Assembly: GCA_965198065.1 (NCBI GenBank)
Contig: CBDAON010000004.1
Location: forward strand, 1,728,001-1,792,000
DNA: 64,000 bases
Source of the DNA: Longimicrobiales bacterium
GTDB lineage: Bacteria; Gemmatimonadota; Gemmatimonadetes; Longimicrobiales; Gaopeijiaceae
Direction: 5' to 3'
Part shown: positions 22,725 to 33,176 of the stretch, one piece after another
Layout: every line of letters begins with the position of its first letter
How positions within the stretch are numbered: the first letter of the stretch is position 1
The notes under the pieces: model-generated
What the model was told of the DNA's origin: nothing
Database searches by the model: none
What the model saw: the letters and a program-made list of their open reading frames with translations, nothing else
Translations under genes and position numbers: made by a program

Positions 22725-23136
22725 TTGCCGAGCACGGTCCACCGGCGAATCTTCGCTCCGACAACGGTCCGGAGTTCACGGCCCGAGTGGTTCGGCAGTG
22801 GCTCGGTGAGCTAGGCGTGAAGACGCTGTTCATCGAGCCGGGCAGCCCGTGGGAGAACGGCTACAATGAGAGCTTTAACGGCACGCTCCGAAACGAGCTG
22901 CTGAAGCGCGAAATCTTCCATTCGCTGGAGGAGGCGAAGGTGCTGATCGAGCAGTGGCGGCGCGAATACAACACGCATCGACCGCACAGCTCTCTGGGTT
23001 ATCGACCCCCGGCCCCCGAAGCGATCCGGCCAGACCCAAAGCTGCTCAACCTACCTCTGCTTCTTGGACCACTCCCCAGCCAAAAGGAGGTGCTTGGACT
23101 AACACTCTAGGTGGTACCGCTTTTGGGGGCAGGTCA
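22725..23136 (+). mobile_element. IS3 fragment (3' orfB plus right IR)
   Basis: Near-identical to 48963-49374. Confidence 0.92.
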
Positions 23137-23568
23137 CCGGTCGAAGTGCCCAATCATGAACGTCGACAAGAGCACGACGAGCCAGCCGAAGCCGAACACC
23201 ACCCAGAGGATCGTGCTCGAAGTTGAGCCCGTGACACTCCACACTGTCCCAGTCATCGGACGCCACTGCCAATAGAGCAGCAGGAGGATCAGACTAGCGA
23301 GGAGGACGTACGTGCTTCGCTCGATCGACTTTGGGATGATCCTGGTCCACCAGCTCTTGAAGCCAGGGCGGGCCATGACATTGTGTTGAATGGCGAACAA
23401 CAGCAGCAGACCGACGTTCACCAGGATGGCCTGGCTGACCGGCCCGACCGGCCCGTCGTCGATACCCTTCGGAACGAAGACGTTGCCGGTGAAGCCGATG
23501 GCATAGAGGAAGGCAACCAGGAAGACCAGGTACGCAAGAGTGCCGTAGAGAAACGCTAAGGCGCGCAC
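23137..23568 (-). pseudogene. mddA: Methanethiol S-methyltransferase, 3' half lost at IS3
   Basis: [18 protein letters not shown]...ERSTYVL...WQWRP. Confidence 0.8.
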
Positions 23569-23604
23569 GACGACCTTGTGCTCGCTCTCGCCGTTCTCGA
23601 CGGG

Positions 23605-23647
23605 CCTTACAAGCAGGAGGTCAGAGGTTCTAATCCTCTAGCGCCCA
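23605..23647 (+). tRNA. 3' half of tRNA-Val(TAC), att-type fragment
   Basis: CCTTACAAGCAGGAGGTCAGAGGTTCTAATCCTCTAGCGCCCA gives anticodon loop, T-arm and acceptor 3' strand; no D-arm. Confidence 0.75.
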
Positions 23648-24041
23648 TTGAACTTACGATCATGTGATCTGCCTCACCGCGTCGCTGACGGTGTAGGCGA
23701 GGAAGCTCACGATTGCTACGTAGGCCGCGATCACGCCGACCCACTGGAACGTCCACCATCCCCGCTCGATCAGATTCGCCTGGTGCGCCTTCATGATGCC
23801 CTCCCGTGTTCATCCGGCCGAAGCCGAGGATTTGGCGACCCGGAGCTGGTCTCCAGGCCCGGACCGGAATGGCGCTTCGCCTTCCATAACGAAGCGGAAG
23901 CAGCGCCGGTTTCAGATCGCATCTCCTGCGTGTCGACGACAGCGCTGATAGCCTCCTCTCCTCGCGCTCTTCTCCACCGGGCGACCCATGCATGACGGCC
24001 AGGCCACGGTAGTCGTATTACCTCGTACGGCTCCTCGCCGA

Positions 24042-24242
24042 TCAGGACGCCCCTTCGTCCTGGAATATGTCTTCAATCGAGATTCCGAAGAGTCGAGCAG
24101 CTCGAAACGCGAGGGGCAGGCTAGGATCGAATTTGCCCTTCTCGATCGCGTTAACCGTCTGCCTGGAAACCCCCAGCGCCGTGGCCAGGTCAGCTTGGGT
24201 CCAGTCCCTCTCTGCACGAAGCACCTTCAGACGATTCTTCAT
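24042..24242 (-). CDS. XRE-family HTH regulator
   Basis: MKNRLKVLRAERDWTQADLA..LGVSRQTVNAIEKGKFDPSL. Confidence 0.95.
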   Translation of the reverse strand: MKNRLKVLRAERDWTQADLATALGVSRQTVNAIEKGKFDPSLPLAFRAARLFGISIEDIFQDEGAS

Positions 24243-24646
24243 CGGTATCGGAACTGGCCGACGATCAGAGAGGCTATGTACGTGCCGGCCATGAGCAGGA
24301 TGATGTCCCTGACCTCCGGATCGGCCACGAAGCCGGTGGTCACGAGCAGCGTATAGCTGAAACTGCCGACGAATCCGATCCCCATCGAGAGGGCCAGGGA
24401 GTCCAGCTGGATCTTCCGCTGCATCTCGTCAATCTCTCTCAGGAACCGCAGGAAGGTCACGATCATTCCCAGACCCATTCCTGCGTTGATGACGATTCCC
24501 AGTACCGAGATGAAGTCAGAGGCGTACCAGCCGTACAGAACGGCCTTGTCGACTAGGATCAGGGTTCCGACCCAGACGAGTACCCAGGAGATGAGACGGA
24601 TCGTGCTCTTGGTGGGGTGCGCAGCGGGGTCGCTCGACGTAAGCAT
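24239..24646 (-). CDS. Membrane protein translationally coupled to the XRE regulator
   Basis: About 4 TM segments, DEMQRKIQL motif, ATGA overlap. Confidence 0.75.
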   Translation of the reverse strand: MLTSSDPAAHPTKSTIRLISWVLVWVGTLILVDKAVLYGWYASDFISVLGIVINAGMGLGMIVTFLRFLREIDEMQRKIQLDSLALSMGIGFVGSFSYTLLVTTGFVADPEVRDIILLMAGTYIASLIVGQFRYR

Positions 24647-24663
24647 CAGTTCCTCCGGAAAAG

Positions 24664-24679
24664 TCAAGGTAACTTGACA
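24664..24679. promoter_or_regulatory. Palindromic operator, probably for the XRE regulator
   Basis: GTCAAG-GTAA-CTTGAC just upstream of the operon. Confidence 0.5.
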
Positions 24680-24811
24680 CACACTGATATAAGCCGGGGG
24701 CGACAGAAAATCAAGGACCCTTTACAAAAAGTCTTGACTTAACGACTTAGAGTCGCGGATTAGGGCAATAATATACTTGCGGTACCCAATGTTTCATGGT
24801 ATATTTGTTGT

Positions 24812-25801
24812 ATGAGAGACGACATTCAACAAACGGAAAGGACCATGGACGCCCCGAACACCCTCCTCGAAGCCATCCAATACTTCGCTGACGAAGACGT
24901 GGCCCTGGCCTTCGTCGCCGACATGCGTTGGCCCGACGGAGAACAGACCTGCCGCAAGTGCGGGAGCATCGCCAAGCACTACTTTATGAAGACCCGGAAG
25001 CGTTGGAAATGCCGCGATTGCAGGCACCAATTCTCCATCAGGGTAGGGACCATCTTCGAGGGCTCGCCCCTCTCGCTGACCCTGTGGCTCCCGGCTATGT
25101 GGATGCTCGCCAACTGCAAGAACGGGATCAGTTCTTACGAACTGGGCCGTGCTCTGGGCGTCACCCAGAAGACCGCTTGGTTTATGCTCCATCGTATCCG
25201 TCTCGCCATGAAGGACGACGGCGGGTTCTGGACCAAGATGGACGGGGACGTTGAAGTCGATGAGACCTACATCGGCGGCAAAGCCAAGAACATGCACCGG
25301 GCTCGCCGGAAGCGGATCATCAAGGGGACCGGGGGACACGACAAGACCGCCGTCATGGGGCTTCTTGAGCGTCCGCGTAACGCCCCGCACTCCTTGGTCC
25401 GCACTACCGTCCTCGATGACGGGACCCAGCGCACCATGCAGGCCCATGTGCGGGACAACGTCGAGGAAGGTGCCAACCTCTTCACCGACAGGCATTGGGG
25501 CTACTATGGGCTCTCTGCCGACTACATGCACGAGATCATCGACCACGTCCATGAGTACGTGCGCGGTCGCATCCACACCAACGGGATCGAAAACTTCTGG
25601 TCCCTGCTCAAGCGTACCATCGGCGGGACCTATGTAAGCATTGAGCCGTTCCACGTCACCCGCTACCTCGATGAGCAGACATTCAGATTCAACAACCGGG
25701 GCGACACCGACCGGGGCCGATTCATCAACGCCGTATCTGCCATCATGGATAAACATCTCACCTACGCTCAGTTGACCGGAGCCGAGGAATGTCAAACGTG
25801 A
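24812..25801 (+). mobile_element. IS1595-family transposase, intact
   Basis: CxxC...CxxC zinc ribbon, VEVDETYIGG, LFTD, HTNGIENFWS, YLDE; element left end near 24763. Confidence 0.95.
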
Positions 25802-25992
25802 AGACGGACAAGAAGGGCGGGACGAGGGGCGTTCCGCCCCCTACAAACGAAGGGGACCAATGCCGGGTCACCGCCGAGACGGTGGTGACTGAGGGGCCTT
25901 CGGGTATGGACCGCCTACGGGACCTGACAAAACGAATCATACGGGTACCCAAGGAGCGGGATCAAAATCCTCGACACCGGCCACCGCCTTAG
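25789..25992 (+). CDS. Small ORF overlapping the IS1595 transposase stop
   Basis: Overlap; MDRLRDLTKRIIRVPKE. Confidence 0.4.
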   Translation: MSNVKTDKKGGTRGVPPPTNEGDQCRVTAETVVTEGPSGMDRLRDLTKRIIRVPKERDQNPRHRPPP

Positions 25993-26690
25993 CGACCAAC
26001 TGACGGAAGACCCTTGTGTCCGCGAAAAATCCCGGATATGCACTTTTCAAGGACTTGAAGTCCTCCACCGTCACTAAGATGACGTGGTGGTGGGGAGAAT
26101 CGTACTTCGCTTCATCGTTGGATTGTGCTTCAGACGCTTCGGCTTCCTGGTTTCCGGCGAAACTCTCCGTGTAGATACTCCGCTCCTCCGTGTCGAGACG
26201 AACAAGAAAACGCCGTTTGTCGCCCCTTTCCGCAGACCACTTCTCGATTGTGGAGAAGGACTGCGTCCATCCAGCCAAAGCCGTGTCAACATGCAATTCG
26301 TGGTATAGGGCCTCAAGCTCTTCAAAGAAGTCTTTGGGTTCCATTGGTATTCCCGGAACTATCGAACAACGTTCCTCGAACGCGATCCAATTGGCCATCA
26401 ATAGAAAGAAGCGCAACCCATGCTTTGCCCCCCTCAGCGGCCTTTAAGTCTTGCCCCGTAAAAAAGGAAACAGCTTCCACAGCGGTCGCCCAAGCATGTT
26501 GGTATTGCGATCGTATCTGCAATTCCACCCGCATGTTGCGCCAGGCCGGTTTCTGTGGGGAGTCGTACTTATAAACGAGATGAAGACTGCGATAGCCCGT
26601 GTTCTTGGGCTTCTTGATGTAGTCGTCCGTCCTATGAAGCGTGAACACATGGCTACGGCTGCTCAGAAACAGAGCGTGCATTTCCCCTAC
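25937..26690 (-). pseudogene. Fused CapRel-like RelA/SpoT toxSAS, 5'-truncated, one frameshift
   Basis: DYIKKPKNTGYRSLH, VELQIRSQYQHAWATAVE, WxRFF, C-terminal VILV...SLKSAYPGFFADT. Confidence 0.8.
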
Positions 26691-26901
26691 GGCCTAACCT
26701 CGCTGGCCTCTCGTCCGGAGGCCTAGGTGGTTGCCCTCCACTCCTCCGGTGCTGTCAGAGCCCGGAGCCTTACCGGTAGCGGCCTTCGAGGGCTGCGTTC
26801 AGTCGGGTGGTAGGGTCGGTCACAGGTCCGGCACCACCTGCCTCAACTCCTCGAAGAAGTTCTGGCCGACCCGGAACTCGTTCGGTAGCCATGGCGATCT
26901 T

Positions 26902-27117
26902 CTAATCGGCAGCTTCGTACTTGAAGGAGACCTTGACCTTTGCACGGTAGCTCTGAATCACTCCGTCCTTGAGCTGCATATCCAGCTCCGAGACTTCAGC
27001 CACGCGCAGGTTCCGCAGAGACTGAGAAGCACGCTGGACAGCCGCGGCTGCCGCCTTCTCCCAGGAATCGGTGGAAGTCCCCACTAGCTCGATGACTTTG
27101 TACACGTTTTCAGCCAT
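26902..27117 (-). CDS. Dodecin-family protein
   Basis: VYKVIELVGTS..SWEKAA..AVQRASQSLRNLR...YRAKVKVSFK. Confidence 0.92.
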   Translation of the reverse strand: MAENVYKVIELVGTSTDSWEKAAAAAVQRASQSLRNLRVAEVSELDMQLKDGVIQSYRAKVKVSFKYEAAD

Positions 27118-27237
27118 GTGTCTCTCCACTGAAGTTGGGTTGGCTGCCACCTAACGATTTTGCGGTCCTGCTCTGCCTCACCATGCCAACCCGCGCCGTG
27201 CTCTGCAAGGCGACCAGCCCCTGAACCTCCTGACAGA

Positions 27238-27352
27238 CGTGCCTCAGGTCATCGGCAAGATACACTGTGGCCATCCCGCCTTCGCCCAACTCACGCTCGA
27301 TGCGGTAACGGCCTTTGAGGGCAGCGTTCAGGCGGGTGATGGGGTCGGTCAC
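27238..27352 (-). pseudogene. Ser/Thr kinase N-terminal stub
   Basis: RLNAALKGRYRIERELGEGGMATVYLA, then breaks off. Confidence 0.8.
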
Positions 27353-28516
27353 TGGTCCGGCACCACCTGCCTCAACTCTTCGAAGAAGCTCTGGACGAGG
27401 ATGAGTCGCGCTGGCTCCGCACCAGCGTCGTCCGCGCCTGTACCGACGCTCTGTGCGAAAATGAATCGGTCGCCGTCGGGATGCAGGGCGGAGCCTGGGA
27501 AGGGTTCGGCGCTAAAAGCCGAAAACAACGTATCCGTGGATAGGACCACCGGCACAGGATCGCGCTGAAGGCGGGCAGCCATGAACGGTTGGCCGTCGCC
27601 CGTGGCGTAGTAGAGGGTGTTTCCATCTGGTGACCAAGAGGGGACCCCACCCCCGCCCTGCGACACCACTGTCCGTTCGCCCGGATCGGGGAAGCTGCGG
27701 ATATAGATCTCGTCGATTCCCGACTCGTCCGAGCGGTAAGCCGCTAGGGTTCCGTCTGGTGAGACCGAGATGCGTTGAAGGTCAGTCTCCGACGAGAGAT
27801 ACGCTTCCGCAATCGGGTTATCCGGATCCGAGATATTGACCATCCACAGATCCCGACTCCCGAACTGCCCCCGTTCGAAAACGACCAGCGTGTCCGACGG
27901 CCACTGCATCACGCGCTGATTCCCGTCGAGCGTGATGATAGACCTCGGGGGTGAGTTGTCGTTCAGGTCCTTCACGAACAGGTCCTGGCCGTCCGTACCT
28001 TGTCGGTTCGAACTAAACGCAACGCGGTTCCCGTCGGGCGAGAAGACCGGAAATGTATTGAGGCCCTCGAACGTGAGCTGCCTTGGCGTCGTCCCGAGCG
28101 TCACGTTGTAGGTGTAGATCTGGTCTTCACTTGAAAACACAACCGACTCTCCGTCGGGAGACCAGCCCGGGCCTGGGCCTAGGGGGGTGATACGCCGTGG
28201 AGCCAGGGCGAGAGGTTCCTCGTCGCCCTCCAGATCTACGATCACGAGCCGTTGCAACCCGCCTCCAAGTCCCAAGTCGGCCAGGTAGACGAGGCTGCCC
28301 TCCTCTGTACACGCTGTAATTCAGGAAGCCGAACACGGGGTCGGCGGCGAGACCTTCCACCACCGGCACCGCAGGTCCGGTGAGCTCTGCCGTCGCTTCG
28401 TCGATGGGAGCCGCCATGAGTGTCCCGTCTGGCGTTCCGAACAGCAGATGACCCGTGGCAGCGTAGCGGGGGAAGTTTCCCGGGGTCAGCGGTCTTCTCT
28501 CGCCCGGACGCGAGAG
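27349..28516 (-). pseudogene. C-terminal TolB/PD40 beta-propeller of a kinase-propeller protein, cut by IS3
   Basis: Repeated (W/F)SPDG motifs, terminal FFEELRQVVP; frameshift near 28280. Confidence 0.8.
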
Positions 28517-29559
28517 TGACCTGACCCGCTGAAACGAGACCAGGTGCAATGTTAGGATCGAGCTGGTCCGAAGCTTTTCAGCGAGGAGGTCAGGATGGGA
28601 AGGAAGCGACACACTCCGGAGCAGATCATCACTGCAGTGCGGGAGGCAGAGGTCGGTCTGGCCGGCGGCAAATCCGTGAAGCTGATCAGGGGGGAGCTCG
28701 GCATCACCGAGCAGACGTACTACCGGTGGAGGCGGGAGTACGGCGGGATGAAGGTGGACCAGGCACGCCACGTGAAAGAGCTCGAGCAGGAGAACGGGCG
28801 CCTGAAGCGAGCGGTGGCGAACCTGACGCTGGACAAGCTGATCCTGGAGGAAGCGGCGAAGGGAAACTTCTGAGCCCCGAGCGAAGACGCAGGGCGGTGG
28901 TGCATGTACGTCAGCAGCTCGGGGCGTCGGAGAGGAGAGCGTGCCGGGTGCTCGGGCAGCCACGCACGACCCAGCGCCGGGCGAGGAAAGTGGCGAGTGA
29001 CGAGGGGGCGCTCCGAGGTGATATCGTGCGACTCGCGAGTCGATTCGGCCGCTACGGCTAGCGACGCGTCACGGACACGCTCCGCATCGAGGGCTGGGGG
29101 GTGAAGCACAAGCGGGTGGAGCGGATCTGGAGGCAGGAGGGGCTGAAGGTCCCGGAGCGGCAGCCGAAGCGAGGTCGGCTGTGGCTCAACGACGGATCGT
29201 GCATCCGGCTGAGGCCGCTGTATCGGGGCCACGTCTGGTCGTACGACTTCGTGGCCTCGAGGACGCACGACGGGCGTGCGCTGAAGCTGCTGACAGTGCT
29301 GGACGAGCACACGAGGGAGTGCCTGGCGATCGTGGTGGCTCGCAAGATCCGCTCGCACGACGTGCTCGAGGTGCTGGACGATCTGTTCGTCCGACACGGG
29401 CCCTCCCGAGTATCTGAGGTCGGACAACGGACCGGAGTTCACCGCGAAGCCCGTGCGGTGGTGGTTGGGGCGCGTGGGCGTCGAGACGCTCTTTATCGAG
29501 CCGGGCAGCCCGTGGGAGAACGGCTACAACGAGAGCTTCAACGGCAAGCTCAGGGACGA
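28517..29559 (+). mobile_element. IS3 family, 3'-truncated
   Basis: Left IR, intact orfA 28595-28873, orfB with the same TAG stop as the 1365 copy. Confidence 0.93.
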
Positions 29560-29631
29560 TTCCTCCGGTCCCCATCGTGCAACTCCCGACTTCTATCAAC
29601 TACCAGCAACTACGCTACGACCTCCGGTCGA

Positions 29632-30978
29632 TCAGTTCCCGGCCTGCGCGACCGTGTCCTGGCGTCCCTCACGCTCGGCGAGAAGTCTCTCGTAGCCCTC
29701 CTCGTCCAGGTGCGTGATCCCGATCCACGCGTGCGACATCTCGTCGGCCGTGCGGCTACCCCCGGCGACCCACTGATCCGGGTCGGGGTTGTTCGGGTGA
29801 TTGACCGTGTTGTCATACCACTGCTTGACGATCAGAACCGCGCCCGCCGGAACGAGCGGGGCCGAGTCCTCGCCATAAATGTGGCTGTGATGCCACGTGG
29901 CGCTCCAGTTCGTGACCATGCTGATCACTTCGGTCTCCCCGGTCTCCGGATAGAAGACCTCGAGCGACGCGTGGAGCAGCCGCAGATGCCCGTGGGGCTG
30001 GAACTGGTCGATCCGCACCGGGGTGTCGAACGAGTGAAACCCGGTCGTCATGGCCGTGCCGTGCGGAGGCATGACGAGCTCCCCTTCCCGGAGCCCGTAG
30101 AGCGACAGAGTCTGCTCGTACTCCCACTCGTAATCCGCGGGGTACAACCAGATGCCGAGCTCGACGATGTTGCCCTCGATCGCCACGCCCGTCGCGGCCC
30201 CCCCGACCCCACCGGGGAAGAGGTGGATCCCCCAGGAGACCCACGCCTCCGCGGGAATCGTCCGGCACACGCCCTCGGGCAGGATCTCACCGAACTTGCC
30301 CATCGCGTACTCGGTAGACATACCAAACCGCTCGTACGTGCCGTCCTCCTGCAGGAGCTGGAAGCTCGAGTTCGCGTGGTGGACGACCGACTTCGCGTTG
30401 CCGACCCCGGGCTTCACCTGCAGCGCCTTGATGCAGCGCTCCTCCGCGAGGTTCGTCGGCATCATCGGCGAATACCACATGTCGTTCCCGGCCGCCGGCA
30501 CCTCGATAATCCCCGGCGTGCCGATCACGAGGTCCGGAGGTCCGAACTCGGCGGCCATCCTCCACTCATCCGCGCTCGCAAGCTGGATCGGCGGAGGCAG
30601 GTTCGCCGGATCGCCCAGCGCCGCGCCCTGATCGACCCAGGCCACGATCGTCGCGATATCTTCCTCGGAAAGCCGCCAGTCCTGCTGCAGATCCTGGATG
30701 CCTACGTCCCTGTCATACGCGTAGGGAGGCATCTCGTGGCGGGCGACCCTCTCGCGGATCATCGGAGCCCACGGACGGATCTCCTCATAGCTCCTGAGCG
30801 CCATCGGCCCAATCCCACCCGGCTGGTGGCAGATCTGACAGTTCTCCTGGATGATGGAGGCGACGTCCTCCGCAAACGTGACCTGCCCGTCGGTCATCTG
30901 CGCGGAGAGGTTCCCTCCGAGCATGACCGCCGCCGCGAGCGCGAGCGCTCCCGTCCACCAGTGTAAACGCGTTTTCAT
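29632..30978 (-). CDS. Secreted cytochrome c / copper type II monooxygenase-like protein, copy 1
   Basis: Signal peptide, CQICH, VVHHA, PHGH, DEM. Confidence 0.75.
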   Translation of the reverse strand: MKTRLHWWTGALALAAAVMLGGNLSAQMTDGQVTFAEDVASIIQENCQICHQPGGIGPMALRSYEEIRPWAPMIRERVARHEMPPYAYDRDVGIQDLQQDWRLSEEDIATIVAWVDQGAALGDPANLPPPIQLASADEWRMAAEFGPPDLVIGTPGIIEVPAAGNDMWYSPMMPTNLAEERCIKALQVKPGVGNAKSVVHHANSSFQLLQEDGTYERFGMSTEYAMGKFGEILPEGVCRTIPAEAWVSWGIHLFPGGVGGAATGVAIEGNIVELGIWLYPADYEWEYEQTLSLYGLREGELVMPPHGTAMTTGFHSFDTPVRIDQFQPHGHLRLLHASLEVFYPETGETEVISMVTNWSATWHHSHIYGEDSAPLVPAGAVLIVKQWYDNTVNHPNNPDPDQWVAGGSRTADEMSHAWIGITHLDEEGYERLLAEREGRQDTVAQAGN

Positions 30979-31429
30979 GAGTCGAGACTCCTCACTTTGG
31001 GCGAACGGTGAACAGACCTGCCGCCATCAAAATATTATGCGCTGAGGAGCGCCCGCCCCGCAAGGGGAAGCGGACCCGCTAGGGGGTAACGGAGGGCGGG
31101 GGGGATAGTCCTACCCGGAGACTGTGCCAAAAACTGCGCCGACAGGGGCCGACTATGGCACAGTCTGACGGACGCACAATCCAGCAGCCCCAACGTTTTC
31201 CGACCCCCACCGACGCCAGAAAGGGGCTACCGGGCCGGGCGCGCACGCTCAAGCTCGAGGCCACGGATGGTGCGAAATCGGGTAATAACGGACTCCTCGC
31301 GTGCGCACCTGAAAAAGAACGATGGGGACCGACGGACGCCCGAGTCAGCTCAGGCGATTCCTCCGGTCCCCATCGTGCAACTCCCGACTTCTATCAACTA
31401 CCAGCAACTACGCTACGACCTCCGGTCGA

Positions 31430-32779
31430 TCAGTTCCCGGCCTGCGCGACCGTGTCCTGGCGTCCCTCACGCTCGGCGAGAAGTCTCTCGTAGCCCTCCT
31501 CGTCCAGGTGGGTAAGCCCGATCCACGCGTGCGACATCTCGTCGGCCGTGCGGCTACCCCCGGCGACCCACTGATCCGGGTCGGGGTTGTTCGGGTGATT
31601 GACCGTGTTGTCGTACCACTGCTTCACGATCAGAACCGAGCCCGCCGGAATGAGCGGGGCCGAGTCGTCGCCATAAATGTGGCTGTGATGCCACGTGGCG
31701 CTCCAGTTCGTGATCATGCTGATCACTTCGGTCTCCCCGGTCTCCGGATAGAAGACCTCGAGCGACGCGTGGAGCAGCCTCAGGTGCCCGTGGGGCTGGA
31801 ACTGGTCGATCCGCACCGGGGTGTCGAACGAGTGATACCCGATCGTCATGGCCGTACCGTGCGGAGCCATCACCAGCTCCCCTGAAGGTCCGTTGTCCCC
31901 GTAGGAGGCCAGAGTCTGCTCGTACTCCCACTCGTAATCCTCGGGGTGCAGCCAGATGCCGAGCTCGACGACGTTGCCCTCGATCGCCTCGCCCGTCGCG
32001 CCTCCTCCGACCCCACCGGGGAAGAGGTGGATGCCCCAGGAGACCCACGCCTCCGCGGGAATCGTCCGGCACGTGCCCTCAGGAAGGATCTCACCGAACT
32101 TGCCCATCGCGTACTCGGTCGAGCGACCTGCGCTCTCGTACGTGCCGTCCTCCAGCAGGAGCTGGAACGTCGAGTTGGCGTGGTGGACGACCGACTTCGC
32201 GTTGCCGACCCCGGGCTTCACCTGCAGTGCCTTGATGCAGCGCTCCTCCGCGAGGTTCGTCGGCATCATCGGCGAATACCACATGTCGTTCCCGGCCGCC
32301 GGCACCTCGATCCCCGGCGTGCCGATCACGAGGTCCGGAGGTCCGAACTCGGCGGCCATCCTCCACTCATCCGCGCTCGCAAGCTGGATCGGCGGAGGCA
32401 GGTTCGCCGGATCGCCCAGCGCCGCGCCCTGATCGACCCAGGCCACGATCGTCGCGATATCTTCCTCGGAAAGCCGCCAGTCCTGCTGCAGATCCTGGAT
32501 GCCTACGTCCCTGTCATACGCGTAGGGAGGCATCTGGTGGCTGGCGACCCTCTCGCGGATCATCGGAGCCCACGGACGGATCTCCTCATAGCTCCTGAGC
32601 GCCATCGGCCCAATCCCACCCGGCTGGTGGCAGATCTGGCAGTTCTCCTGGATGATGGAGGCGACGTCCTCCGCAAACGTGACCTGCCCGTCGGTCATCT
32701 GCGCGGAGAGGTTCCCTCCGAGCATGACCGCCGCCGCGAGCGCGAGCGCTCCCGTCCACCAGTGTAAACGCGTTTTCAT
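31430..32779 (-). CDS. Secreted cytochrome c / copper type II monooxygenase-like protein, copy 2
   Basis: Same motifs; tandem paralog. Confidence 0.75.
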   Translation of the reverse strand: MKTRLHWWTGALALAAAVMLGGNLSAQMTDGQVTFAEDVASIIQENCQICHQPGGIGPMALRSYEEIRPWAPMIRERVASHQMPPYAYDRDVGIQDLQQDWRLSEEDIATIVAWVDQGAALGDPANLPPPIQLASADEWRMAAEFGPPDLVIGTPGIEVPAAGNDMWYSPMMPTNLAEERCIKALQVKPGVGNAKSVVHHANSTFQLLLEDGTYESAGRSTEYAMGKFGEILPEGTCRTIPAEAWVSWGIHLFPGGVGGGATGEAIEGNVVELGIWLHPEDYEWEYEQTLASYGDNGPSGELVMAPHGTAMTIGYHSFDTPVRIDQFQPHGHLRLLHASLEVFYPETGETEVISMITNWSATWHHSHIYGDDSAPLIPAGSVLIVKQWYDNTVNHPNNPDPDQWVAGGSRTADEMSHAWIGLTHLDEEGYERLLAEREGRQDTVAQAGN

Positions 32780-33008
32780 GAGTCGAGACTCCTCACTTTG
32801 GGCGAACGGTGAACAGACCTGCCAACATCAGGACATTATGCGCTAGGGAGCGCCCGCCCCGCAAGGAGGTAACGGAGGGCGGGGGGGATAGTCCTACCCG
32901 GAGACTGTGCCAAAAACTGCGCCGACAGGGGCCGACTATGGCACAGTCTGACGGACGCACGATCCAGCAGCCCCAACGTTTTCCGACCCCCACCGACACC
33001 AGAAAGGG

Positions 33009-33048
33009 GCTTGCAAAGCAGGCGCTCTCCCAACTGAGCTATGGCCCC
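33009..33048 (-). tRNA. 5' half of tRNA-Ala(TGC), broken just after the anticodon loop
   Basis: GGGGCCATAGCTCAGTTGGGAGAGCGCCTGCTTTGCAAGC followed by non-tRNA sequence. Confidence 0.85.
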
Positions 33049-33160
33049 GTCAGCTTCCGGACCTGTTTGGGGGTCCTGGTTATGCGGCGCAATCTGAAAT
33101 GGCGCCACAGGGCCCATCACTTGGAGTTTTGGTCGTGATGGGGTCTCCTTACCGAGCGAC

Positions 33161-33176
33161 TGTGACTCGCGTCACA
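33161..33176. promoter_or_regulatory. CRP-like box
   Basis: TGTGA-CTCGCG-TCACA exact consensus. Confidence 0.4.

Larger units (their letters stand above)
29557..33010. repeat. Tandem duplication of about 1.7 kb (29557-31228 and 31355-33010)
   Basis: Near-identical genes, flanks and island-end sequence. Confidence 0.95.

Noticed and set aside
21953..22833. ORFs of 68-210 aa across the array
   Set aside because: Translations of CRISPR repeats
24794..25795. 333-aa minus-strand ORF
   Set aside because: Antisense of the IS1595 transposase; no motifs
29101..30966. 621-aa ORF apparently fusing a transposase to a long tail
   Set aside because: Frameshifted IS3 orfB reading into the antisense of the monooxygenase gene
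29557..33010. Diversity-generating retroelement as the cause of the paralog differences
   Set aside because: No reverse transcriptase; differences are not adenine-specific and include indels
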